Assembly: GCF_032191835.1 (NCBI RefSeq)
Contig: NC_083240.1
Span: 26,908,001 to 26,972,000, forward strand
Direction: 5' to 3'
DNA length: 64,000 nucleotides
Origin: Heteronotia binoei
Taxonomy: Eukaryota
Part shown: positions 45,574 through 58,500 of the stretch, piece by piece
How the letters are laid out: each line of letters starts with the position of its first letter
How positions within the stretch are numbered: the first letter of the stretch is position 1
Program-made: the position numbers and the translations under genes
The notes under the pieces: model-generated
What the model was told of the DNA's origin: nothing
Database searches by the model: none
What the model saw: the letters and a program-made list of their open reading frames with translations, nothing else

Positions 45574-47759
45574 CCTGGCTGTCTTCCTGCAGCTGAGTTG
45601 ACCTGGCATGGCTTTGAATGGTCACGGTGGCAGCAGTTTTGCTGCTACCTAAAGATGGTGCCTTTGCTGCGCATTGTACTGCGATGTCAGTCTGCACTCT
45701 GGGGTCACAGAAGTCATCGCTCTTGCACTGGGATGCCTGCAACAGTCCAGGAGCTTCTGGAGATTGCAATTAGTCAGCTGTGACTTGATGGCACTTTCCA
45801 CCATTGCCAGGATCTGCTGCATGCTGGCTGACAACCCAGTACGCTGCTAGGAAATGGAGTTCTTTCACACTTTAGGTAGAATTAAGAGCAGAGGATTTCC
45901 TTGCAATTCCCACCACCATCAACTGTCCTGTGGTTCTGGGAAGATGCAAGGTTTGCATTGGAGTACCAGATGGTAGGTTTTTTGGTTTTTTTGCAGTAGA
46001 TACGAGACAAGGTAGAGCAAGATTCATGCAACAGGAATCACTGACCCATGGAACTGACTGCCCCGAGATGCAACGGCAACTGCCTTAGATTGGTTTAAAA
46101 GGGAATTAGATTTACAGGAGATAGGTGTGTTGGCAGCTGCTACAGCTGAAGGGGACCTCTGCATTCAGAGGCAAAATGCCCTGGCTGTCATGCTGGGGAG
46201 CAATTAGCATCTGACACCTGTTACCAGCAGCCCTTCCATGTGGCACCCGGCTGGCCATGCTGGATTAGATTTCCCACTGGTCTGATTCAGCATTGCTACC
46301 AGTGCTCCCTCTAGCCTATGGAGTCTTGTGAGCAAAAATTCTACTTTGTGAGCCACTGGCATTAAAGTTGTGAGCTACTGCATAAATTAGTGCACTCTGG
46401 GGCCATCTTTCCTGAGCTAAGAGAAAAATGCGTGAGCTGGAGGCTAAAAACTGTGAGCTGGCTCACACTAACTCAGCTGATTGCTACTGTTATGTTCTTC
46501 AGCCAGTAGCTTTCAAACTGACTCGGCAAACTGGGGTTCCTTAGTTTACCAGGGAAGCTTCTCCATGAGAAGAGGAGTAATAATGTGTGAGATCCTCAAG
46601 AGAAATTTCATTGCTATTTAGAGATAAACGCCAACAATCTGAAGTTACAGGAGAGCACTATTTGCATTTTAGGATGCTTATTAATCTACCTTTATTAATC
46701 ATCCTTAATGAATCCTTGACAGTAGAACAGTCACAAACTGCTTCATCTTTCCCCCCTGTCCTTTAAAAAGTGCAGTCAACATGTGGAACATCCTAATGAC
46801 GGAAAAGGATCAAAATCCTATATGGGAAGGGTAATAAAAAGAACATTTGCCTAAAGAATTTGGCACTTTTTTAATATTTGAGGAAAAGAGGATGTCATCT
46901 CCAGGTTTTAAAGTATTGTTGAAACATCCAAAGCACAAACTGATGCTGTAAAAAAAATTGGGATATTATCCTCTTTACTCTGAATAAAGCATTTATAAGG
47001 TATTTCAGTTTTTGATATAATTAAACTTAATTAAAGAGAGAGCATAGCTGAGGTCCCAGAAAACTCCTTGGAATGCCATCTAGAAGTTGATGTTTCCGCT
47101 ACTCAAATATAACCTTATTTGGATGTTTGAAAAATTTAAGGAAATCCTGAGCAAGAACATTAGCCCATCAAGCCCAGTATTCATGGTTGCAGCAGAAACG
47201 TTCTCTTCCCAGACCTGCTCCCTGAAATCCCTTAAGTGGACATGGCAGTGGTTCTCCAGCCTCTCAAGTGGAAGACTTTCACATTGCCTACTGCCTAAAG
47301 ATAGTCTACTGACCCATGGGGTGACGCCACAGTGTGACATTTTCTTGGCAGGCTTTTTACGGGATGGTTTGCCGTTGCCTTCTCCAGTCATCTACTGTCT
47401 AGTCCTCTTTTAACTGGAGATGCTGGAACCTTCTGCATGCAAAATACGGGCTTTGGCCTCTGCCCACAAGAAGCTGCCTCATATCTAGCCAGACCATTGC
47501 TCAGTATTGTCTCACTGGCAGTGGCTGTTTGGTGTCAGACACAGAAAGACACAGGTCTTTCCTTATGGGGATGCTATAAGTCCAGATCCCAAGGATTTAG
47601 CTTGGGTTTTCTAATGGCAAGCCCCACCTCTGCGTTCATCTCTCCCCAGTTCTTGGAGGGTGGGGAGAAATTTTCCAATTAGTTGGAAGTCTGGATTTAG
47701 GTTTTCAATATTGGTGCGGGTGTCTATTCTTGATCTGGTTGGCCTCCCTGGCCAACACT

Positions 47760-48360
47760 GTCCTGTTTGAAAATTTTTGATTTTCTAGAAAGTTAAAGGG
47801 AACGGGTAAGGGGGAATAGAAAACTGAAGTTACAAATATCAGTATTATAATCTAATCTGCATGTGGTATACTTTCTTAAGATACAGATATTATCACGTTA
47901 TTATCTCTTTACATTAAATCATCAACATCTAAATAATGTTTTAGTGATTGTAAGTCTTCTTGTTAAAATGTCTATTTAAGCTTAAGTTTCCAATAAAAAT
48001 GATATAATAAAGAATACAGGAGAAAGGAGAAAGAAATTCATACCAAAGAATCTTAAGAGTCTTGAGCATCTAGCCAAGCATATAGTTTCACCCAATATTT
48101 TCTTGCTTCTTCCTTAGATTTCTCAGCCAGCAACTGGGATAAATAGTCCAGCTCAGCCGTTTCCAGAATTTCCCCCACCAAGTCCATTCTTGTGGGGATC
48201 TCCTGAAGCTTCCATCTCTGTGCCAAAAGAATTCTAGCTGCTGTGTTAATGTGTGCCAACAAATGTTTCATCTCTTTGGAATAGTCACTAGGATATATGT
48301 TCAATAAAAATAGTCCTGGTTTAAATTGAATCTGTGTCTTCAGAATTTTCTGTAATAGTG
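47760..48360 (-). mobile_element. L1/Tx1-type LINE ORF2 C-terminal fragment
   Basis: LLAHINTAARILLAQRWKLQEIPT...YWVKLYAWLD followed by an A-rich 3' region. Confidence 0.65.
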
Positions 48361-49512
48361 CATGGACCCCCGGCCAGCACCGTCATCTGCGCTAGGAATT
48401 GGAATAAAAACTGCCATCCCTATGAGATATGATGTGAGATGGCTAGGCTGGGCAATATGTGATGTCATGATAATCTGAGTGCTGTTGTCTGTTTATAAAA
48501 AAATTTTTATTGCATTTTATTGTTTTATTATATGTTGTACTCCGCCCTGAGCCCTACAGGGAATGGGCGGGAGAGAAATTTACTAAAATAAATAAATTAA
48601 TCACTTTGAATTGGCTGTTCTATAGGCATTCTGTCTTGGTTTTTCTCCCCAATAATGGGGAAGTCAGATGGCTCTGCCTCACAGTTGGTCTAGATGAACA
48701 TATTGACCAAATTTTGGAAGTTGGTGTCCTTTATGGCACACTAAAGAGCCATGTGGTAATTCCCAAAGAGGTCACCAAAGCCAACCCACATCTCTACTCT
48801 TCCCTAGGCCAGGCTCAAAAACCACTCAAATCCCATCTGTGTGGAGTGGCTTGAGAAAGCTGCCCCTTTTCTTTATATCTGATCTGCTTAACAGGTCATG
48901 CTGCTGATGTTCAAAGAACTGCAGGCCACATCTGGCTCCATGGATCAGCTATTACGGACCTGCCTAGGCTGTCTCCAAGACCCTCCTAGCTTCACACTTC
49001 TGCATTTGATATTTTCTTTAAACCGAAGTCTTTGTATTCCACTTACACGGGCATATAACAAACCCTCTGCTCTGTATTACTCTGTGCAAAAGTGTTATTC
49101 ATATTTTTATAATAGGGAAAAGATGCATTCAGTGGTGAATTTTTGGGGGTGATGGCACAGGTATGTGTTTGCATAGACATGCACATAACACCAAAACAAG
49201 GCAGGCCCAGCACGGGCAAGCCAAAACACGAAGCTGGTTTGCATACACCATATAAACATTCAAGTGCATATCCCTTAAAATCAAGACTTTGGCAATTCAG
49301 GGTCTTAAGAGCTGCAGGGAGAAGAAATGCGGGCGAACCCTCAGTAGTCGGCACCCTCCACAAAGCACGACTGCTTCCCATGGGGTGGGTAGCCCTGGAA
49401 TCATAGAGGCCGCATAGTCTGGAATGTCTCTTTGCTGCCATCTCAGGTATTTCACCAAACACACTATAGAAGCTCCCCTATGGCACTCAAGATAAAGGAT
49501 GCCTTCCCACAT

Positions 49513-52500
49513 TCAGTTTTCAGGCATGTATAATTTGACAAGGTGTTGAAGTTCTGTGGCATAACCCGTGATGGGGCACCGCTGATTATTCCTTACATAG
49601 TTGTAAGCGCAGCGGTAACAGAAGACAAAGCCGGACGTGGAGAGAGCTGTGTCGTTGGCTCGGATTTTGCGGCAGAGTGGGCAGATGGTTTTGAGCGTTG
49701 GCAAGAGGGGAGAAGCTGTGTCGTGGTCCAGGTGTAGGGGTGGCGGTGGGGTGGGCAGGGCAGTCAATGACTTGATGGTCTCCTGGTTTTCGGATGAGTA
49801 CCACCATTCTAGGAACTGGAGGAAGAAGACTCCGACGGAGAGGCCAGTGGAGAGGGAGAAGGCCAGGCCCCCCAAGGCCTTCTTCATAGCCAACTTCACT
49901 CGGTCTTTCACACTGAAGAAGGGAGATGGAGATACAAAAACATTAGCAAAAGCCTTGTGCCAACAAAGCAAGTGTGGGGCTACAGGCAGAATGGCAACAT
50001 GATTTCCCTTGCAGCATGTTGACAGCAATCATTGTCATATATGCCATAAACCAAGAATGCCCCTGGATATGTGGCCGATTTTTGTATTTATGTTGGGCTT
50101 CTGTACTCGTAAGGCTGGGGTGGGTGGGTACATGCTGTTTGCCCTCTGGCACTAGAGAACAGCACCCACTCTGGCCACTTCATAGAACTGCAGGCATCTC
50201 CAAAGAAAAAAGCACTAAACTGGCACGACGTAAACTAACTGCCTTTAAAACCTGAGTTCCTTTTTACAAGTGAGCTGCTACGCTGTTGCTTTACTTATTT
50301 AATAACTGAACCTGTAGGCTGAGCCTGGTGCTCTTCTGCTCATATTTACAGAACCCTTGCTTAATGAGGCTTAAATATATTGAGCACACAGAGGCTGCCT
50401 AATACTGAATCAGACCATCGGTCCGTCAACGTTTGTATTGTCTATTCAGAATGGCAGCAGCTCTCCAGGATCTTTGGCAGAGGTCTTTCACATCACCTGC
50501 CACCTGGTCCTTTTAACTAGAGATGCCCAGGATTGAACTTGGGACCTTCTGCATTCCAAACTGCTGCTTGACCACTTAGCCACTATCGTTAATTTGTTTA
50601 AAAGGCAATTTTATCTTTTCACAGTAATTATTCTGGCTTGAGAAGCATCCACCTTGTCGATTATTAAAGTATCTTTTCCCCGCCCTGTCATTCTAATTAA
50701 ATCAGAGTTTACTGAGCCAATACTCAAATTGGTTGAGTTTACCAAACATTTCTTGACTGGTGGAAAGGATTGGACTCTTTATCTTGGAGCTCCAGAGCTC
50801 TCTGGATTCTGTTCACACTCACCTGCAGGCTGGTGGCTGAGCTGCACTCGCAGCCAGTAGTTTTTTCTCTAGAGCTTGCAGATCTTCCGCTGTAAGCCTG
50901 ACCAGGCGCACCCCGGCTAGTCTCAGCAGGGGCGAGTGGTGCTGAGCCTTCCCCAGGATGTAGCACAGCTGTTGGGCCAGAAACCAGCCCTCCCACGCCA
51001 GGTTGACAAAAGGGTAGGCTGCTAGGAAGGCCCTGTAGAAGCGCTTCCAGGACGAGGATGGGGGATGGATGGAGTAATCGTCCTCTTCCCGCAGCCGGGA
51101 AACCAGCTTCTCCAGCTTTGTTTTCAGGTAAGGGACAAGGGCCAGCAAGCAGAGGGACTTCCAGTGCTGTTTCTGCGGCAGCCCAACTGTGGCCAGCCGG
51201 GAGGGCAGCCTCCTATCACGTCGCAGTGGGACTCTTTTTAAGCTGTAGAAATTTTCAGAAAAGGAGGCACTGCAGCTAGACAGGTAGTGCTGCTGGAGCA
51301 ACAAGTCCAGGAGGGTGTAAAGTTCATCAAACCAGCGCCAGAGGAAGCCATAACGGCCAGGGTTGGATTCTGCCAGCACCTAGCACATGAGACAGGTGAG
51401 GTTGGTATTAATATCAAGAATGGCACGGCAACTACTGTGACAGCTACCAAGTTACCACAGAGCCAACAAGCCTAGCTAATGTTACTAAATACTAATCATA
51501 TTAGTGCCATACCTGTTGAGATCTCTGGGTAGTATTGGCGATGTCGTTGCTCATTGATTATGTAATTTTAGCTGATTATTTATTGTACAGAAATCTTTCT
51601 GATTGTTTTATGCTTTATGTTCTACACCAGTTTGGTGTAGCAGTTAAGTGCGCGAAATCTTATCTGGGAGAACCGGGTTTGATTCCCCACTCCTCCACTT
51701 GCACCTGCTGGAATAACCTTGGGTCAGCCATAGCTTTAGCAGAGGTTGTTCTTGAAAGGGCAGCTGCTGTGGGAGTCACGGGGTGTCTGTTGTGGGAGAG
51801 GAAGATAAAGGAGATTGTGAGCCGCTCTGGGACTCTTCGGAGTGGAGGGTGGGATATAAATCTCATATCATCATCATCATCTTCTTATAGTTTTAATGGC
51901 TTTTAGCCGCCCTGAGCCTGCTTGCAAGGAGGGCAGGATACAAATCCAATAAATGAAATGAAAGTGACTCCCTGTCTCCCTCCCTCCCTTTATACCAGGG
52001 CCAGAAGTCCTAGAATTAGTATTCCGTTTCCTTTTCAACCAGTATACTTGCGTAAAAGTGTTACTGCAAACACCTTTTGGAATCAATGGGTGTTTTATTA
52101 GTCTCTGTGCTTCATTTATATTCCTCCTTTTTCCTCAAAACAGCTTACAGAGCTGTCTTTCGATTTATCCTCACAACAACCCTGAAGGTCAGGTCCGACA
52201 AACAGTGTGACTGGCCTGGGGTCACCCCGCAAGCTCCCATGACAGAGTGGGGATTCAAACCTGGGTCTCCCAGATCCTTGATATCCTAACCGCTGCACCA
52301 CCTGTTCAATGTAATCCTTCCTTAATTTGAATCCCACCTTTCAATCCAATTTACAATGGCAAAACGTAACTACACTCGGCAAATTCATTGTCTTTCTTGA
52401 CAACCCCATCTATATTCTTCCTACAAGTGCGGCTGGGTCAGTACTTTGTGAAAATAATCTTCAGAAAATCCAATTTAACATTTAGACCTTTCTGCCGTCT

Positions 52501-52760
52501 ACTGTTTTGGAGGAATCAATAAAAATGGTCCTTTAAAAAAGCCTTTGGCCGTTACTTGTTCTAAAGACAAACGTAGAAAAGCAAGCACAGATCTGCTACT
52601 ACAGTCCAGCTGTGGGAAGCGGGTTTTTTTTTACCTTAGCCACATGTTGAAGTGCAGGTCTCACAGCTGACATCAAGCTGTCTTGGGCCACCACTTCAAA
52701 GATGGATGGCCTGTCTTCGAAGGCCGAAGCGGCGGTGAGGTGAGCCCCGTGCTCTGCCAT
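49513..52760 (-). CDS. PEX12: Peroxisomal biogenesis factor 12 (RING peroxin), 360 aa; join(52760-52635, 51379-50823, 49912-49513)
   Basis: [42 protein letters not shown] | [19 protein letters not shown]...[12 protein letters not shown]... | ...[10 protein letters not shown]...[25 protein letters not shown]...CPITG; exon sizes 126/557/400 with GT-AG junctions, mirroring the human gene. Confidence 0.97.
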
Positions 52761-54271
52761 GGCTTCTCCCACAATGAGGAATCCAGGACCCCTTCTGTGA
52801 TGTCTTTTGCAAACAAAACAGAATTTGTTGCCAGAATTGATCCCAAAGCTGTTCTTAATCAGAAGTACCTGAATGCATCAGACTGAATTACTTTAAACAA
52901 ACAATGTTTCTAGTCTTCAGTGTGCAAAGATGACCATGCGCAGGTCACTTGTATTATTCTCTATCCCTTTCCCATTGCCTTAAGCGATCTCAGTATGGGA
53001 AGTTTGCCTCTTGCTTTAAACATAGCTCCCCTTGCTTGCCAAAAATATTTCCAAGTTCTGAAAAACAGAGTAGATGAAGGATGATCACTGACTACATTTT
53101 TTTGAACATGAGAAGCAACAGACTTATAAGGAAAAGAACAAGAGGCATCCTTGAGAATAACATCTCTCACAGAGGATTTGTGATTTGCTCTTTAAAGATC
53201 AGGCAACTGTATTCACTTCATGTATCCCAGCTGCAACCCATATCCAGAGCACGGCAGCCAGTGTGGTGCAGTGGTCAAGAGTGGCGGACTCTGATCTGGA
53301 GGACTGGGTTTGATTCCTCACTCCTCCACATGAAACCTGCTGGGTGACCTTTGGCCAGCCATAGTTCTCTCAGAACTCTCTCCACCCCACCTATTTCATA
53401 AGGTGATTACTGTGGGGAGAGGAAAGGTAGGTGATTTTAAGTCACTTTGAGACTCCTTAAGGTAGAGAAAAGTATTATAAAAGCAAAAAAGAAAAAAAAA
53501 GCACCAAAGCCACTTGGGGTCGATCGCAAAAAGGCTCTGTCCGACACGATGGCTGCATTTAAGTATAACACACAAGCCGCAATTTTAACTCCATGGTCTT
53601 GTGCCTTCCTTCCACCATAGAAGACCTTCTGGTTTGGGGAATTTCTGCTCTAACAGCTGTACGTTGCAACAGCTGAACTCCAGCACTTTAATGAACTGGA
53701 GTTTCTTCCCGGCCCACAAACTTGCTCTCTATATAGCATATTTATTTCTTTATTCTAAATATATGTTTTTATTTATTTTTATTTATTACTTTCCATTTAT
53801 ATCCCGCCCTCTCCGGAAGCGGACTCATCTTTATCCTAACTTTATCCTTTATCCATCTTTATCCTAACTTTAAGCACGGTTTATGTTTTGGAGCACATTA
53901 TTTTCTATGGAGTTGGAATTTCATGTTTTGCAAGCAAGAAAAAGAGGGCTACTTACTTTCCAGACAGTGGGAGAAGCCTTCCCCTCCTCCCCCCGCACAG
54001 ACACATTTGAAGACATTCTACTGCTATGTTCTTAACACTTGAGAATCAAAAGAAATGTTCAGTACAGAAGAAGGTTGCTTTGTTAGATGTCATTAGCATG
54101 ATGTCAAGAGTTACTCTGATTCTAAGAAGAGCCCTGCTGGATCAGACCACAGATCCATTAAGGCTCACAATGTCCAACATGCTACGTCTGGGAAACTCAC
54201 ATGGAGGCGAAAGTCCTCTGCTGTTCTCCAGCTGCACTGACTACTGGTCACAGGCAGACTGCCTCTGAACC

Positions 54272-54455
54272 AGTGTTCCCTCTAAGCTGAGTTAGCATGA
54301 GCTAGCTAACAGATTTTTAGCCTCCAGCTCATACATTTTTGTCTCTGGGATGACTCAAGAGCACAATAATTTATACAGTAGCTCACAACTTTAAAGCCAG
54401 TAGCTCTCAAAGTAGAATTTTTGCTCACAAGACCATGCAGCTTAGAGGGAACATT
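54272..54455. mobile_element. hAT-type MITE family B; also 46300-46480 and an inverted pair 55931-56127 / 56129-56309
   Basis: TIRs CAGTGTTCCCTCTAAGCTG / CAGCTTAGAGGGAACA(T/C)T. Confidence 0.75.
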
Positions 54456-54762
54456 ACATCCAAGTTCAGAGCAATCAGACATAATAACAGGGCTCTTACG
54501 GGGGGACAGCACTCACCAATACAGAGTACCGGCACCTTTAGCTTGGGGCTCTCCTAAGCAGGGGTGTAATTCTAGCAGGAGCTCCTTTGCATATTAGGCC
54601 ACACCCCCCTTATGTAGCCAATCCTCCAAGAGCTTACAAGGCTCTTTTTTGTAAGCTCTTGGAGGATCGGCTACATCAGGGGTGAGTGGCCTAATATGCA
54701 AAGGAGCTCCTGCTAGAATTCCACCCCTGCTACTAAGTCCTGATTGGTGTGAATTTGCTCAC

Positions 54763-55500
54763 CTTTATCAATGGGAACTGGCAACATATGATTACAAGAA
54801 AGCTGTGTAACAGCCACTCCATAACCCACTCCCCATGATTCTGTCTCGTCCTCTTTTAAGGTTATTCTCTCGTCCAGTGGCAGGGAGTTCCGCCACCCCG
54901 CCCCATACCATACCCACCTTCCTATTCCCTCTCAGCCTCCTTTTCTCTCTAGTCGCCTCGCTTCGGCCGAGTTGTTACCGGAAGTTCAAGACAGCCGGTT
55001 GTTCTAGGAACGCACCCGCTTTTAGCTCTATGTTTCTAAAACCCAGTTCATAGAGATCAGTGGAACTAGTGCCGGTTAAGCAGAATTTGTATGCGGCCAA
55101 AATTCCGTACGGGGCGAGAGAGAGGGGGGCACCGGGATATCCCTGTGGGGAAAGATACATCCCACCTCTCTCTTAAATCCGGAGCGGGGAAAAGCCGGTT
55201 CCATTTGAAACCGGAAGTGGCCTAAGCCCTGGGAGGGTGGCTCCCCCTAGCGGTTCCCTTCCCGATGGCTGCGTCCGGAAGTGGGTGCGCCGCTCTGGCC
55301 TCCCTCCTCTCTACGGCGGCCGCCCTCTCTAGGCAGAGGGGCGTGGCGGCGTTCTGTGGTCGGTCCTCCCAGACAGCCCGAGTTCCGGTTGCCTCCCCAG
55401 CCAGGCGGCTCCTTTCGCTGTCTCCGCGTCCGTTGCTGGTGCCGCCGCCGCCTTCGCCTCCGTCCAAAGGAGCCTGTCGAGATTTGCCTCCAACTAGCAG
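54763..55500. promoter_or_regulatory. Bidirectional CpG-island promoter PEX12(-)/AP2B1(+)
   Basis: High CpG and GC; three CCGGAAGT ETS/GABP sites (54978-54985, 55211-55218, 55275-55282); outward-facing donors AAG|GTGAGC (-, 54762) and CAG|GTGAGC (+, 55501). Confidence 0.75.
55230..55500 (+). other. AP2B1: Probable non-coding first exon of AP2B1; the rest of the window is its intron 1
   Basis: GC-rich exon ending at a strong donor at 55501; identity inferred only from the conserved PEX12-AP2B1 head-to-head synteny; no AP2B1 coding sequence was found in the window. Confidence 0.55.
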
Positions 55501-58500
55501 GTGAGCCTGTGGGGGAGGGGCCTGGCCTGGCGCCCCGCCCCCTCAGGAAAGGGGGAGGGGAAGAGGATGGGTGGAAGGGCGGGGACAAGGCTTTTTATGT
55601 AGCAGGAACTCCTTTGCATATTAGGCCACACACCCCTGATGTAGCCAATCCCCCTGGAGTTTACAGAAGGCCCTGTACTAAGAGCCCTGTAAGCTCCAGG
55701 AGGATTGGCTACATCAGGGGTGTGTGGCCTAATATGCAGAGGAGTTCCTGCTACAAAAAAAGCCCTGGAGGAGGATGCGCTGATGGGAATCTATGGAGTG
55801 GGGTGGGAAGGATGTACAGGTAGGAGACTTTGGGCTCGTTATGCCTCCTGGAATGGGGGCAAGGGGAGGCAATTTGGGGCTAGGGGGTCACTCAGGGCAT
55901 CACCCACTCAGGTTTTTGCCCAGTCTGCAGCAGTGCTCCTTTTAAGCTGTGGAGTCTTGTGAGCAAAGATTCTACTATGTGAGCTACTGGCATTAAAGTT
56001 GTGGGCTACTGCATAAAATTAGTTTGCTCTGGGGCCATTCTTCCTGAGCTAAGGCAAAAATGTGTGAGCCAGAGGCTAAAAAAACCTGTCAGCTAGCTCA
56101 CACTGACTCAGCTTAGAGGGATCACTGGCAGTGTTCCCTCTAAGCTAGCTCACAGATTTTTAGCCTCCAGCTCACACATTTTTGACTTAGCTCAGTAAGG
56201 ATAATCCCAGAGCACACTATAAATGATGCAGTAGCTCACAACTTTCATGCCACTAGCTCACAAAGTAGAATTTTTGCTCACAAGACTCCACAGCATGAAG
56301 GGAGCATTGATCACTGGTCTGCAGCTCTGTGGGTGAAGGTAAGGAAGACAGGCACCTGGGTAGGTTTTGCAGGGAGGAGATGAAAGATGGGGAACAGGAG
56401 TCTGTGGGATCTTGAGGTGTCCGCTGATGGATCTCCAGATTAGAGTCCCACTCTGAGGTCCGAGAGGGCTAGGCTAATGGAGGAGTCTTGGCCACAACTA
56501 CAGGGAGGCTTTCTCGAGTGATGTGCAGGGGAAAGGAAAAAAAAGGCTATTACCCTCTGAACCCTTGCTCCCTAACCGTAATGGTAAAGGCAGATGCACT
56601 TTGCTCTCGCTCAGTGGGCGCTCTCATTACTTCATGGAGCGCAAGATCTGGGAAGTCATTTCATATCCCTTAAAAACCAGCCCATCTGGCCCCTTGCAAC
56701 TTTCCCACATTGACCTGGATTCCTATCCCAAAACATAGCTGAAGGCAGCCCAAATGCATCAAGTCTCGAGGAGCAAAGCAATGCCCTGAGTCCAGGCATG
56801 CCCAAAGTCCAAGCATAGCTGAAGAAATATTTCACATTCCAGTGTGCCAGTCCAAAAGCACCAGGCTCTTGGCTTGGGATTTGTTTCCAGCCCTGTAATC
56901 TGTCTTTCCCTCCCTCACAAACGCTGTATGTCTCTTCCACCTTCTTAATCATGAGTCCTCTGCTGCCAAGATAGATTTTTGCCTATTGGTTTTCAGGGCT
57001 CAAAAAATGTGTTATTTAGGGCATGCCGCTTCTTGCTCTCACTTAGAGAATCTAATGGGGAAGATGCACTGGAGATTAGAAACCACAGGATTGGCATTTT
57101 CACACCAGTCAAAGAGATCTGAGGGCTGCTGTCATGACGCTGATGTCACAACGGCTGTTCTGCTGTCTCCCCCCCGCCCCCATGTGGGAAACTGTGTCTG
57201 TAGAAGAGACCGTGATTTCTTTATTCCGATCCCACCTCACTGAATGAGAGCATCCAGACTGAACTAGGATGGCTAAGACTGTGTTTAGGATCCAGGGCTT
57301 TTTTTGTAGCTGGAACTCCTTTGCATATTAGGCTACACCCCCCTGATGTAGCCAATCCTCCTAGAGCTTACAGGGTTCTTCTTACAGGGCCTACTTTAAG
57401 CTCCAGGAGGATTGACTACATCAGAGTGGTGTAGCCTAATATGCAAAGGAGTTCCTGCTTCAAAAAAAAAAGTCTTGTTAGGATCCAATCAGGGGCCTGG
57501 AAGCACTTGACTGGCTCCTCCCTCCTATTCTCTTATCTCGTTTGTTATTTTTGTTGGCGGTCCTTAGGAGCAGGGACTCCTAGTGGGTGGTCTATCTAGC
57601 CTTTCTCTGCCTAAGACCTTCAGATTGTAGTTCGAAGGGATCTTACAGAAAGGAGTACCCAGCAGGGTTTATTCCAGCCATAATCTCTTTCTTTGCAGCA
57701 CCTTAACCTCTGGGTAGGGTTGCCAGCCTCCAGGTGGTGGTTGGAGCTCTCCTAGGATTACAGCTGATCTCCGGGTGACAGAGATGACCATCTGGAGAAA
57801 ATGGCCGCCTTGGAAGGTGGACTCTGTGGCATTATACCCTGGTCATATCCCACTGAAGTCCCTCCCTTCCTCAGACCCCGCCCTCCTCAGGGTCCACCCC
57901 CGTAATCTCCAGGTATATACCAACCTGGAGCTGGCAACCCTACATCTGAGTGAGAAGGCAAAGAGGCCTTTTATGCATTGAAGAGGGACTCTCCCCCTGC
58001 TACTCTAGACTGTTGATACCCCTCAAATGTCTTTTTTGCAATTAGTGGTTAAACGTGGTCTGACCACTAATTAACATTTGCATGGCTGGGTGGTGCACTG
58101 CAGGCCACTTTTTCTGTTGGGGTTCCGGCAGAACTTTTACCAGCTAATTCCGTTTCCTAAGGGAAGGTCTCACCGAATCATTACATTTTGATGAAATCAA
58201 GGATCTGGAATAAAGCCTGTATATGATGGATTCGTGTCCAGTGTCCTCTGTGGTGGATTAGGAGAAGTGACCCAATTGACCTTTCCTTAACCATAGTGAG
58301 GAAGCGTAATCTAGACTAGATTGCTGCGATGTGGTCTGTGTGGGGTTGCCCTTGGAAAGCGTTCAGAAACTTCCGTTGGTGCAGAATACTGCAGTTGGGA
58401 CACTGACTGGAATGTGGGTCTTAGGATCCTATCACTCCAGTCTTGGCCTGCCTACAGTGGCTCCCAATCTGTTTCAAGACACAGTTCAAAGTGCTGGTGT

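Noticed and set aside
55222-55823. Several overlapping ORFs at the CpG island
   Set aside because: Expected stop-codon depletion in GC-rich DNA plus a MITE; no recognisable protein.
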